Shown: positions 1 to 8,921 of the stretch, one piece after another
Position numbering within the stretch: the stretch's first letter is position 1
Layout: each line of letters starts with the position of its first letter
Assembly (NCBI GenBank): GCA_963708395.1
Contig: CAVPSG010000002.1
Coordinates: 69,100 to 133,099 of the forward strand
Origin: an uncultured Acidobacteriota bacterium
Lineage (GTDB): Bacteria; Acidobacteriota; Thermoanaerobaculia; UBA5066; Gp7-AA6
DNA: 64,000 nucleotides
Direction: 5' to 3'
Position numbers and translations under genes: made by a program
The notes under the pieces: generated by a model
What the model was told of the DNA's origin: nothing
What the model saw: the letters and a program-made list of their open reading frames with translations, nothing else
The model's database searches: none

Positions 1-2
1 TC

Positions 3-611
3 GTCGGAAAGGAGCTCGGTCCGCTCGAGACGGAAGGCCACACGCTCCTGCTCGGCGTGACGCACACGATCGCCGAGACTTCGTCGCCAGATCTCGTGCT
101 CGTGCCCGGCGGCACGACCACGCCGAGTCAGATGGTCGACGACCAGATCCTCGACTGGCTGCGGCAGGTCCACGAGACGACGACCTGGACCGCGTCCGTC
201 TGCACCGGCGCTCTGATCCTCGGCGCCGCCGGCATCCTGAAGGGCCTGCCGGCGACGACGCACTGGTGGAGAATGAACGTGCTCAAGATCCTGGGTGCGG
301 AGCCTCGAGCTCACGACCGCCTCGTGCGATCCGGCAAGGTTGTCACTGCCGCCGGTGTCTCGGCCGGAATCGACCTGGCGATCTGGCTGGCGAGCCAGAT
401 CGCGGGCCGCGAGCGCGCCGAAGCGATTCAGCTCACGATCGAATACGACCCCCGTCCGCCTTTCGACACCGGCCGCAGGAGCAACGCGTCCGCGAGGGTG
501 CGCGAGCTGGCCAACGACATCATGAAGGAGCGCATGCCGGCCGACCAGCGCCGCCTCGTTCCGCAAATCGCGATGCGGAGGTTCATGGATCTGATCCGAA
601 CGGGGAAGTAG
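3..611 (+). CDS. DJ-1/PfpI family protein (5' end outside window)
   Basis: Frame is open from base 3. Motifs LVLVPGG, ASVCTGALILGAAGIL (nucleophile-elbow Cys) and AAGVSAGIDLAIWL are typical of DJ-1/PfpI proteins. The track ORF 57..611 begins at an internal GTG. Confidence 0.8.
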   Translation, partial: VGKELGPLETEGHTLLLGVTHTIAETSSPDLVLVPGGTTTPSQMVDDQILDWLRQVHETTTWTASVCTGALILGAAGILKGLPATTHWWRMNVLKILGAEPRAHDRLVRSGKVVTAAGVSAGIDLAIWLASQIAGRERAEAIQLTIEYDPRPPFDTGRRSNASARVRELANDIMKERMPADQRRLVPQIAMRRFMDLIRTGK

Positions 612-641
612 AACGAGGCCGGGCGCAACACGGAGACATCG

Positions 642-1238
642 ATGCGGAAATTGATCGCCGGAATGAAGATTTCTCTCGATGGAAGGATCGAGGGACCCGA
701 AGGGTCCGCGGACTGGGTCGAGGCGTGGTCCGAAGACTACGGCCTGACGCCGCAAATCGACGCCTGCCTGCTCGGAGGAGGCATGTATCCCGGCTACGAG
801 GGGTACTGGACCGGCATTCAGAACGAGCCGGACAAGACGCAGTGGATCACCGGGGCGCCACCGACACCGGCGGAGCTCGAATGGGCCCGCTTCGCCGCGA
901 AGACCCCGCATTTCGTGCTGTCGAACACCCTGACGTCGGCCGGCTGGCCCAACACGCGCTTCGTCCGCGGGCTCGATGAAATCGCCGCTCTCAAGCAGCA
1001 GTCCGGCAGGACCATCTATCTGCTCGGCGGCGCTCGAACGGCGGCGAGCCTCATCGACGCGGGCCTGGTGGACGAGATCCGGCTCATCGTCTATCCGCTG
1101 ATCGCCGGTCGAGGGAAGGCGCTCTTCGCGACGACGGAACGCCGTCGTGAGCTCGAGCTGCGGAGGATTCAACAGCTGCCGGGCGGCCGACTCCGCCTGA
1201 TCTATGCGATCGGCCCGAGCGGTCATCCCGAGCGATAG
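642..1238 (+). CDS. dihydrofolate reductase family protein (RibD C-terminal domain type)
   Basis: 198 aa. MRKLIAGMKISLDGRIEGPEG...YLLGGARTAASLIDAGLVDEIRLIVYPLIAGRGKALF matches the RibD_C/YyaP pattern. GGAGA RBS lies upstream. The last 5 codons and the TAG lie inside repeat 1222..1329. Confidence 0.8.
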   Translation: MRKLIAGMKISLDGRIEGPEGSADWVEAWSEDYGLTPQIDACLLGGGMYPGYEGYWTGIQNEPDKTQWITGAPPTPAELEWARFAAKTPHFVLSNTLTSAGWPNTRFVRGLDEIAALKQQSGRTIYLLGGARTAASLIDAGLVDEIRLIVYPLIAGRGKALFATTERRRELELRRIQQLPGGRLRLIYAIGPSGHPER

Positions 1239-1329
1239 TGACGGATTCGGGGCTCGGAAGGGCCTGAGCCGGACGGCATCGGTGGCGAGGGACGCTCGGG
1301 ATCCCTCGTCGACGACTCCTCGGGATGAC
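1222..1329 (+). repeat. family C palindromic element (GTCATCCCGAG ... CTCGGGATGAC termini)
   Basis: 108 bp bounded by perfect 11-nt inverted termini. It shares the internal block GCCGGACGGCATCGGTGGCGAGG with copies at 34061 and 51202. Confidence 0.75.
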
Positions 1330-1427
1330 ACCGACCGGAAGACCGCGTACCCCCGCGATAGGATCCGCCCGACCGTTCGCCCCTGGCCAAAGTGCGTTCA
1401 TCCCGGGGGTAAGCGGCCGGGGTGTGC

Positions 1428-3977
1428 ATGGCGACCGACGACACGCAGTTTCCGACGCTCGGATTCCCGGAAGTTTCATCCGACCTCCCGCTTCCCGGGG
1501 AGATCGGCGGCTTCCGCATTCACTCCGTTCTCGGGCGCGGCGGCATGGGTGTCGTCTACGAGGCCGAGCAAAGCGATCCGCAGCGCCGCGTCGCGCTGAA
1601 GGTCGTCCGTGGCGGCCGCGTCGTGGACGATCTGCAGCTGCGCCTCTTCCGCCGCGAAGCGCAGACGCTCGCACGCCTCATCCATCCGAACATCGCCGCG
1701 CTCTACGAGGCCGGCACGGCCGACGGCCAGCACTTCTTCACGATGGAGCTCGTCCGCGGCCGCCCGCTCGACGAGTACGTTCGCGAGCGGATGGGCGGCG
1801 ATCGGCCCTCCCCCGAGCAGCTGCGCGACCGGCTGCGCCTCTTCGCGACGATCTGCCGGGCGGTCGCCTACGCGCACCAGCGCGGAGTCATCCATCGGGA
1901 CTTGAAGCCATCGAACATCCTCGTCGTCGCCGACGAGAAGCCGCAGAGCTCCCCCGGCCACTCCCGCCCCTTCGAGCCGACGGTGAAGATCCTCGACTTC
2001 GGCCTCGCGCGCATCGCCGACGGCGACGGCTCGGCGGCGGGCACGCTGCTCAGCCAGCTCGGACAGATCGGCGGCACGCTCGCGTACATGAGTCCCGAGC
2101 AGGCGCGCGGCGCCAGCCGGGAGATCGATCTGCGGAGCGACGTCTACTCTCTGGGCGTCACGCTCTACCAGACGATCACGGGACGTTTCCCGTACGACCT
2201 GCCCGAATCGACGGTCGCGGCGCTCAAGACCGTCCTCGAAGAGCCTCCGAAGCCGCTGCAGGAGACCTTCCGCGCAGGTTACCGGCTCGATCCCGATCTC
2301 GCGACGATCGTCGGCAAGGCGCTCGAGAAGGAGGCGGACCGTCGGTACGCGAGCGCCGACGCGCTGGCCGAGGACATCGAGCGATACCTCGCGAACCAGC
2401 CGATCCTCGCGCATCCGCCGAGCACCGCGTATCAGATCCGCAAGCTCGTCTCACGGCACCGCGTCGTCTTCGGCGCCGTGGCCGCGGTTTCCCTCGTCGT
2501 CGTCGTCTCCGTCGTCGCGCTCGCGATCCAGGCCGGCAAGATCCGGCGCGAACGCGATCGCGCGACGCAGGAGGCCGCGCGCGCGACCGCGATCAACCAG
2601 TTCCTGCAGCGCACGCTCGGCGCCGCGGATCCCTGGCAGCGCGGCGGATCGCGGGGCGTCTCGCTCGTCGACGCGCTCAAGCAGGCCGAAAAGCAGGTGC
2701 ACGGCGCGTTCCCCGGGCAGCCGCTCGTCGAGGCCGACGTGCTCGAGACGATCGGCAGCACCTACAACGGCCTCGGAGAATACGCGGACGCCGAGCGGCT
2801 GCTGCGGAGGGCCCTCGACCTTCGCGTCGCTGCGGAGGGACAAGGGACCGACGCCGTCGCGGGGACGCTCACCACGCTCGGCCAGATCCTGCAGATCCAG
2901 AGGAGGGCAGACGAATCGGAGAAGTTGCTTCGAGAAGCCCTCGCGACACGGGAGAAGCTCCACGGAAGGGAGAGCGCGGAAACCGCCGGCGCGCTCAACG
3001 AGCTCGCCCGGACCCTCGTCAACAAGGGCACGTATCCGGAGGCCGAGAAGCTCGGCAAGGAGGGGCTCGCGATCCGGGAGCGGATCTTCGGACCGAACAG
3101 CCACGAGGTGGCCGAGAGCCTGCGAATGCTCGGCAGTCTCTATACAGAGCAGAACGACTGGAAACATGCCGTGGAGGCGGAGACCCGGCAGATCGCAATT
3201 CTGCGCGGCCTCCATGACGACGGGCCCCTGCTCGCTTCCGCGCTGAACGACCTCGCGGTCGCGCAGACGCAGATCGGGGACCTCGACGCGGCGGAGAAGA
3301 CTTTCGCGGAGGCGATCCCGATCGTGGTGCGCGCCCTCGGAGAGGACCATCCCGAGTACGCGAGCAATCTCGAGAATTTGGGCAACGTCTCGTTCCGGAA
3401 GGGCGAGTACGAGAAGACCGCTCAGACTCTGGAGAAGGTCCTGACGATCCGGCGCAAAGCGCTCGGCGACGACGCCGAGCCGGTCGCGCGCACGCTTGCC
3501 AACCTCGGGGCCGTCTACTGGGCGCAGGGCAACGATGCCGCCTCCCTCGAGAAGTATCAGGAGGCCGAGGTGCGTCTGACCCGTTTTCTCGGGGCGGACC
3601 ATCCCGACGTCGCATCGGCGTTGGTCGGCAAGGCCGGGGCGCTGATGCGTCTCGGGAGGCTCGACGAAGCCGAAGCCGCGGCGCGGCGCGGGCTCGCGAT
3701 CCGGACGGCGAAGTTCGAAGACGCGAGCTTTCCCGTGGCGCTCGCGCGCCTTCGGCTCGGTCAGGTCCTCGCCGCGAAGAAGCGCTACCCGGAGGCCGAC
3801 GCGCTGGTGGGCGCCGCGGAGGAGAGCCTGATCAAGGAGCGCGGCGCGGCCGACACTTTCGCGAAGAGAGCGATCACGGCACGCGCCGAGCTGTACAAGG
3901 CGTGGGGAAAGCCGGCGCAGGCGAAGGCGCAGGAGGCGCTGCTGGCGGCGGACGCGGGGAAGACCGCTTCGAAGTAG
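1428..3977 (+). CDS. Ser/Thr protein kinase with C-terminal TPR repeats
   Basis: Kinase motifs GRGGMGVVYEA, VALKVV, HRDLKPSNILV, DFGLA and YMSPEQ, then one TM segment and about 10 TPR-like repeats (ALNDLA/LANLG/YxEAExL). ATG at 1428 is preferred over GTG at 1422. Confidence 0.9.
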   Translation: MATDDTQFPTLGFPEVSSDLPLPGEIGGFRIHSVLGRGGMGVVYEAEQSDPQRRVALKVVRGGRVVDDLQLRLFRREAQTLARLIHPNIAALYEAGTADGQHFFTMELVRGRPLDEYVRERMGGDRPSPEQLRDRLRLFATICRAVAYAHQRGVIHRDLKPSNILVVADEKPQSSPGHSRPFEPTVKILDFGLARIADGDGSAAGTLLSQLGQIGGTLAYMSPEQARGASREIDLRSDVYSLGVTLYQTITGRFPYDLPESTVAALKTVLEEPPKPLQETFRAGYRLDPDLATIVGKALEKEADRRYASADALAEDIERYLANQPILAHPPSTAYQIRKLVSRHRVVFGAVAAVSLVVVVSVVALAIQAGKIRRERDRATQEAARATAINQFLQRTLGAADPWQRGGSRGVSLVDALKQAEKQVHGAFPGQPLVEADVLETIGSTYNGLGEYADAERLLRRALDLRVAAEGQGTDAVAGTLTTLGQILQIQRRADESEKLLREALATREKLHGRESAETAGALNELARTLVNKGTYPEAEKLGKEGLAIRERIFGPNSHEVAESLRMLGSLYTEQNDWKHAVEAETRQIAILRGLHDDGPLLASALNDLAVAQTQIGDLDAAEKTFAEAIPIVVRALGEDHPEYASNLENLGNVSFRKGEYEKTAQTLEKVLTIRRKALGDDAEPVARTLANLGAVYWAQGNDAASLEKYQEAEVRLTRFLGADHPDVASALVGKAGALMRLGRLDEAEAAARRGLAIRTAKFEDASFPVALARLRLGQVLAAKKRYPEADALVGAAEESLIKERGAADTFAKRAITARAELYKAWGKPAQAKAQEALLAADAGKTASK

Positions 3978-4252
3978 GGGCGGCCCTTGCGGCCGCCCGT
4001 CACGAATGGGCGGGGGCGAGCCCCGCCCCTACGATTTTTGATGTACCACCGGGCGGGGACAAACCTCGCCCCTACGTTTCCTGATGTGACGTCGTAGGGG
4101 CGGCCCTTGCGGCCGCCCGTCACGAATGGGCGGGGGCGAGCCCCGCCCCTACGATTTTTGATGTACCACCGGGCGGGGACAAACCTCGCCCCTACGTTTC
4201 CTGATGTGACGTCGTAGGGGCGGCCCTTGCGGCCGCCCGTCACGAATGGGCG
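3974..4252 (+). repeat. 120-bp tandem repeat, 2.3 copies, built from three family A GC hairpin modules
   Basis: Bases 3974-4093 and 4094-4213 read identically, and 4214-4252 repeats the first 39 nt. Each unit is GTAGGGGCGGCCCTTGCGGCCGCCCG + GGGCGGGGGCGAGCCCCGCCCCTACG + GGGCGGGGACAAACCTCGCCCCTACG. Confidence 0.95.
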
Positions 4253-4258
4253 ACCCCC

Positions 4259-6531
4259 CTACGGCCCGTACAGCTGCAGCGCGAACGCGTTGTCCAGGAA
4301 TTTCGCCATCGCGTCGCGCGTGACGGTCTGTCCCGGGCAATAGCTCGTTCCTCCGCAGCCCGCGATGAATCCCCTGGCCCACAGATAGTGGACGTGCTTG
4401 CAGAAGGAATCGGTCGCGGGCACATCGGTGAAGAACGTGTTGGGTGAGCCCGTGTCGCAGGAATACGAGAGGTGGGTGATCGGGTCCGGACCATAGCTCA
4501 TCGGAATCGCGGAGCCGCCGCGGGGCGCGAGGATCGCCTTGGCGATGAAAGACGCCATCTGAAGGCGCGACACGTCGTCGTTCGGGCAGTACTGTCCCGT
4601 CTTGCAGCCCGACGTCACGTTCTGCGCGGCGATGTAGTGGATGTGTTTGCAGTCGATGTCGGTCGGCAGGACGTCGGTGAACAGGGAGACGCCGCCGGAA
4701 ACGCAGTTGTACGCCTGGGCGCCCACGAACCCGCTCGCCGGGACGAGCGCCGCGGTTCCCGCGACGCCCTTGGCGATGAAGATCGCCATCTGCCCGCGAG
4801 AGACCGTTTGCGTCGGGCAATAGGTCGTCGGCGTGCACCCCGCCGTGATTCCGTTGTGAAAGAGCGTCTCGATCTTCTTGTAGAAAGGCTGTGTGCGCGG
4901 CACGTCCGTGAAGCTGTCGCCGACGTGCAGGGTCCAGGTTTTCGTGACGCCGCTGCCGAGCGTTTCCTTGAACTGCGCGTCCCAGTGCGTCACGGGACGG
5001 ACCGCCGGAGTCGTCACCGCGAGCTCGAAGCAGTTGCCGGTCGCGATACGGCAATCGCTTGACGCCGCGGCGGCGATCGTTCCGTAATCCGCGGACTCGT
5101 CGGGGATCGCGTAGAGCGCGCCCGCCGGCCCGTGGAAGGCGGAAGCCGTGCCGGCGAGCGGTAGATCCGCGGTGCCCGTGTTCTTCCAGAGGGGCTCGAC
5201 CAGGACGGTCTCACCGGGCTCGAGCACGCCGTCGGTGTCGGAGCTCGTGTCCCGGTCGCGTCGTGAACGTCCACGGTGAGCGCCTGAGATGGCGGAAAAC
5301 CTCCCGAGCGGCCGAAGATTCCATAGCCGTCGCCGTCCTGCCCGACGCTCTCCCAGGCGATGACGAAGTCTCCGCGGTCGTCGAGGGCGACCGCGGGGCG
5401 CGCCTGATCGCCCGTCGTGTACGTGTTCACCGGAAACTCGACGCTGGAGGGGCGGCCCGTCGCGCTGAAGGCTCTCGCGAAGACGCCGAAGCCGTCGGGC
5501 GCCGCCGGATCGTCCTCCCCCTTGCCGTGCCACGCAACGAGAAAGTTCCCGGCGGAATCCATGGCAATGCGCGGGCGGTTCTGCTGCCCGGTCGTATAGG
5601 TGTTGATCGGAAACTCACCGCTGCGCGGGTTTCCGGACGCGTCGAAGCGCCGCCCCATGGTTCCGTATCCGGAGCCGTCGGAACCGGTGGTCCAGACGAC
5701 GACGAAGTTTCCGGAGGCGTCGGACGCGACGTCCGGCTGCCCCTGATCGCCGCTCGTGGTGACGTTGACCTGCAACTCGCCGCCGAGCGCGGTTCCCGTG
5801 TTGTCGTAGCGCCGTCCGAAGACTCCGGAGCCTGCGCCGTCCTCTCCCGAGCTCGGCCAGACGACGACGAAGTTGCCCGAGGCGTCCATGGCGATGGCCG
5901 GGTTGTACTGGTAGCCGGTCGTGTAGGTATTGACCTGGAACTCTCCGCCGGCCTTCGCGCCGGTGTTGTCGAACCGCTGCGCGAAGATGCCGCCCTTGTC
6001 GCCGTCCTGCGCATCGCTCGCCCAGACCACGACGAAGTTGCCGGAGGAGTCCACGGCGACGGCCGGGCTGTACTGGTAGCCGGTCGTGTAGGTATTGACC
6101 TGGAACTCTCCCCCGAGAGCTCCATTGTCGTCGAAGCGCTGTCCGAAAATACCGGTGAAGCTTCCGTCCTGCCCCCCGCTCATCCAGACGACGACGATGT
6201 GGCTGTTGAGATTGCCTGCGGCCTTGGGCCCGGACTGACCGCCCGTGGTGAAGGTATTGATGAGACCCTCGTCGCCGTTCGGCGTTCCGTCCGGGTCGAA
6301 GCCGTTGCCGACGACGTCGGGACCGCCGGCGCCGGGCCGTTGCCAGGCGATCCCGAAGCTGCCGTTCGCGGGGCCAACGATTACCGTCGGGTGCCTCTCG
6401 TCGCCCGTCGTGACCGTGTTGATCTGAAATTCCGGGTGCATCGGCGGCGTCTGGGCGAGGGCTCGCGGGACGCCCACTACGGCGCACAGGATTCCCAGGA
6501 GAAGGAGGTACGGACGGCAGACGCTCGTCAT
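4259..6531 (-). pseudogene. secreted 7x 'VNTYTTG' repeat protein with 3 SLH-like repeats, one frame break (or assembly indel)
   Basis: Track ORFs 5014..6612 and 4259..5533 are two halves of one gene. ...TVDVHDATGT switches frame to SSDTDGVLEPGETV near 5245-5262. The intact paralogue 34189..36432 reads VDAHSSSGTTSNVNGVLEPGETV through the same point. Signal peptide MTSVCRPYLLLLGILCAVVGVPRALA, GAGGAGA RBS. Confidence 0.8.
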
Positions 6532-6721
6532 GACGATTCTCCTCTTCGAACGGACACACCGGGATCGCGGCCAGCAGGCAACAGCCGCACCAGAGCTCCT
6601 CGAACGAAACATCGCGATCAGGTGGCTCTCAACACGCTATCGCCGACGGGAGGTCGAGGTCAACGCCGCGAAGAGAAAGAAAACCAGCGGTATCTTTAGA
6701 GAGCCCCGGAAGGAGGCTTCG

Positions 6722-7249
6722 ATGCACCACTTCGATCGGATCGCACTCTCTCGCCGCCTGCTCGTCCTCACCGCGTCTTTGCTCCTCGGCCTGCCGATCG
6801 CCGGCGCCGCCGCAGATCCCGGATCCGTCACGGGCTCGATGTCGGCGGCAGGCAAGACCTACAAGCTCGCGCACGTTTACGCCCGCCGTCAGCCGAGCGC
6901 CGCCGACAAGACGCAGGCGGTGGTCGTCGTGCTCCTGACCGACAACGAGGTCCCCAAGAGCATCCTGGACGATGCGTACCGTCTGGAGCTGACCGACCTG
7001 GCCCGCGCCGGAAAGATCCACGGCGTCGCAGTGACGATCGGCCCGGACAAGAAGCCTTCCGGAACCGGATGGATCTACGCGAAGGAGGTCGGAGGAGCGA
7101 TCGTCAACCGCGCCGACCAGCAGACCTTCGAGCCCGGCCGCTTCGACGACTCCCAGGTCGAGGGGAAGGTCTCGGGCCGCGGAACGTTCGGCAGCGACAA
7201 GTGGGACTACGCGGCGAGCTTCAAGGCGACGCCTTCGACGATGAAGTAG
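6722..7249 (+). CDS. secreted hypothetical protein
   Basis: 175 aa from the ATG at 6722 with GGAAGGAGG RBS. Signal peptide LLVLTASLLLGLPIAGAAA. No family recognised. Confidence 0.6.
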   Translation: MHHFDRIALSRRLLVLTASLLLGLPIAGAAADPGSVTGSMSAAGKTYKLAHVYARRQPSAADKTQAVVVVLLTDNEVPKSILDDAYRLELTDLARAGKIHGVAVTIGPDKKPSGTGWIYAKEVGGAIVNRADQQTFEPGRFDDSQVEGKVSGRGTFGSDKWDYAASFKATPSTMK

Positions 7250-7379
7250 CGCGCACGCCCCGTCGCGAAGTCACCCTCGATCGACGCCCGCGGCGAGACC
7301 GACTGCCCGTAGCCGTAGCCTCCTCCCCTTCACCTCTCGGCTCGAAACATACCTAGCAATACAACGTATATGTCTATGC

Positions 7380-7751
7380 ATGGCACCAAACGTCGGATCG
7401 ACCCCGAGCGAAAACTGGGAGACACAGATCCGCAAGGGCTGGCTGGATCTCGTGATCCTCGCAAGTCTCTGGAAAGAGAAGCTTTACGGCCTCGACATCA
7501 TCCGCAGGCTCGAAGCCCACTCGGACTTGCTCCTCGCCGAAGGAACCATCTACCCGATTCTCGGCCGACTCAAGCGCGATGGCCTGATCGACTCGGAGTG
7601 GGTCGAGTCGGACGGCGGCCATCCGCGCAAGTACTACTGGCTGACGCCGTCGGGGCGCCGTCGAGCCACCGCGATGGCGCGCTACACGAAGACGTTTTTC
7701 GCCCGCATCGACTCGCTCATCGAGCCGGTCCTGGCGAAGGAGGAGCGATGA
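7380..7751 (+). CDS. PadR family transcriptional regulator
   Basis: 123 aa. WLDLVILASLWKEKLYGLDIIRRLE...EGTIYPILGRLKRDGLIDSEWVESDGGHPRKYYWLTPSG is the canonical PadR winged helix. An AT-rich patch lies at 7350-7380 just upstream. Confidence 0.9.
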   Translation: MAPNVGSTPSENWETQIRKGWLDLVILASLWKEKLYGLDIIRRLEAHSDLLLAEGTIYPILGRLKRDGLIDSEWVESDGGHPRKYYWLTPSGRRRATAMARYTKTFFARIDSLIEPVLAKEER

Positions 7752-8344
7752 GTCATCCGGAAAGGGTTCAGCAGAAGATCGATGCCTATCTGATGCAGCT
7801 GCGCCGCAGCCTCGGTGAGCTGCCGCCCGACGAGGTCTCCGAGATCCTGAGGGAGATCCGAGGGCACATCCTCGAGCGAGCCGAGGCGAGCGGCGAGCTC
7901 ACGGACGAGCGGTTGGTCGCGATCCTGAAGGCTCTCGGCAGCCCGGAACAGATCGCTCCTCTCTACCAGGCCGACGCCCTCGTCGCCCGGGCTCGAAGCA
8001 GCCTGTCCCCCCGAGTCGTGATGCGCGGAATCCATCGCTGGTCGACTTTGAGCGCCTGGGGCTTCGTGCTCTTCATTCTGGGCGTCGTCGGATATGCAAC
8101 GGGAGCCGCCCTGGCTCTGGCAGGGCTGCTCAAGATTTTCGCTCCGAGCCAGATCGGAGCCTGGGTCGGTCCGCACGCGATCTTCGACATCGGCGTGAAC
8201 AGCGACCCCGCGGCCCGCGACGTTCTCGGCTGGTGGCTCGTGCCGATCGGCCTCGTCGGCGGGCCGGCTCTCGTCATCGCGACGACCCGCGTGCTGCGCT
8301 GGACCCTGCGCTTCGCCCGGATCCGGCGGCCGACGACGGCTTGA
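7748..8344 (+). CDS. membrane protein, DUF1700/HAAS-like partner of PadR
   Basis: Its ATG overlaps the PadR TGA (ATGA). N-terminus IDAYLMQLRRSLGELPPDEVSEILREIRGHILE is followed by 3-4 TM helices, the usual PadR-associated arrangement. Confidence 0.65.
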   Translation: MSHPERVQQKIDAYLMQLRRSLGELPPDEVSEILREIRGHILERAEASGELTDERLVAILKALGSPEQIAPLYQADALVARARSSLSPRVVMRGIHRWSTLSAWGFVLFILGVVGYATGAALALAGLLKIFAPSQIGAWVGPHAIFDIGVNSDPAARDVLGWWLVPIGLVGGPALVIATTRVLRWTLRFARIRRPTTA

Positions 8345-8369
8345 ACGCTCGCGATCCGCAGTCAAGGCG

Positions 8370-8654
8370 TCAGGGTGAGGAGGCGGGCTCCCATCGCACC
8401 ACGTCCGCCCCGGTCGGTGCGGAACTCCCGCCCATCGGCTCTTCCGTGACCTTCAACGCCTCGGGCCGTGCATGGAACTCCGCGCCTTCCGCGATCAGCC
8501 GCGCCTTCCCCGTCGCATCGGGCTCGGCTGTTCCCAGGGAGACCCACCGCACGCCGTACAGCGCCCACGCCTGATAGATCCTCCCCGCCGGCGCCGTCTC
8601 GAAGTTCGAGAACGTCACGACCGCGATCCCGCCGCCCGGCCGGAACCGGAACAC
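8370..8654 (-). pseudogene. orphan anti-sigma-K factor RskA C-terminal domain fragment
   Basis: 94 aa. RIYQAWALYGVRWVSLGTAEPDATGKA...LKVTEEPMGGSSAPTGADV matches the RskA C-terminal pattern. There is no N-terminal anti-sigma or TM part. The frame closes just before repeat 8669..8735. Confidence 0.5.
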
Positions 8655-8668
8655 GGCGCATAACTTCT

Positions 8669-8735
8669 GGGTCAGTCCTGACTTGTTGCGCTCCCCCCTT
8701 CAGAACCAACAACTCAACTAGTCAGGACTGACCCC
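8669..8735 (+). repeat. family B palindromic element (GGGTCAGTCCTGAC ... GTCAGGACTGACCCC)
   Basis: A full copy that differs from the copy at 62092..62157 by only about 3 positions. Shared flanks are CATAACTTC on the left and GACGCTG on the right. Confidence 0.9.
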
Positions 8736-8921
8736 GACGCTGGCCTTGAAGAGTTTCCGGCGATTCAGGTCTCGCGATTCCATCGAGCCTCCCGAAGCCA
8801 TGGCAGCGGCTTCAGGGAGGAGTACACCGGGGAAGGAGAGTTGGATGATCGGGACGTCATCCCGAGTGACATCGGGCGGGAACGAGCCCCGCTACGCTCA
8901 TACAATTCCGGTGCAACGCCC

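Noticed and set aside
1325-3217. A 630-aa ORF overlapping the kinase gene in another frame.
   Set aside because: Extremely Arg/Pro/Ala-rich with no motifs. The overlapping frame has complete Hanks kinase motifs.
3785-4243. A 152-aa ORF with an internally repeated peptide (GRKGRPYDVTSGNVGARFVPARWYIKNRRGGARPRPFVTG).
   Set aside because: It is simply a translation of the 120-bp tandem DNA repeat on the minus strand. It overlaps the kinase 3' end and has no start-site signals.
3974-4252. The tandem repeat as a possible CRISPR array.
   Set aside because: The whole 120-bp unit repeats identically, so there are no unique spacers. The unit is a chain of dispersed family A hairpins found singly elsewhere, and no cas genes are present.
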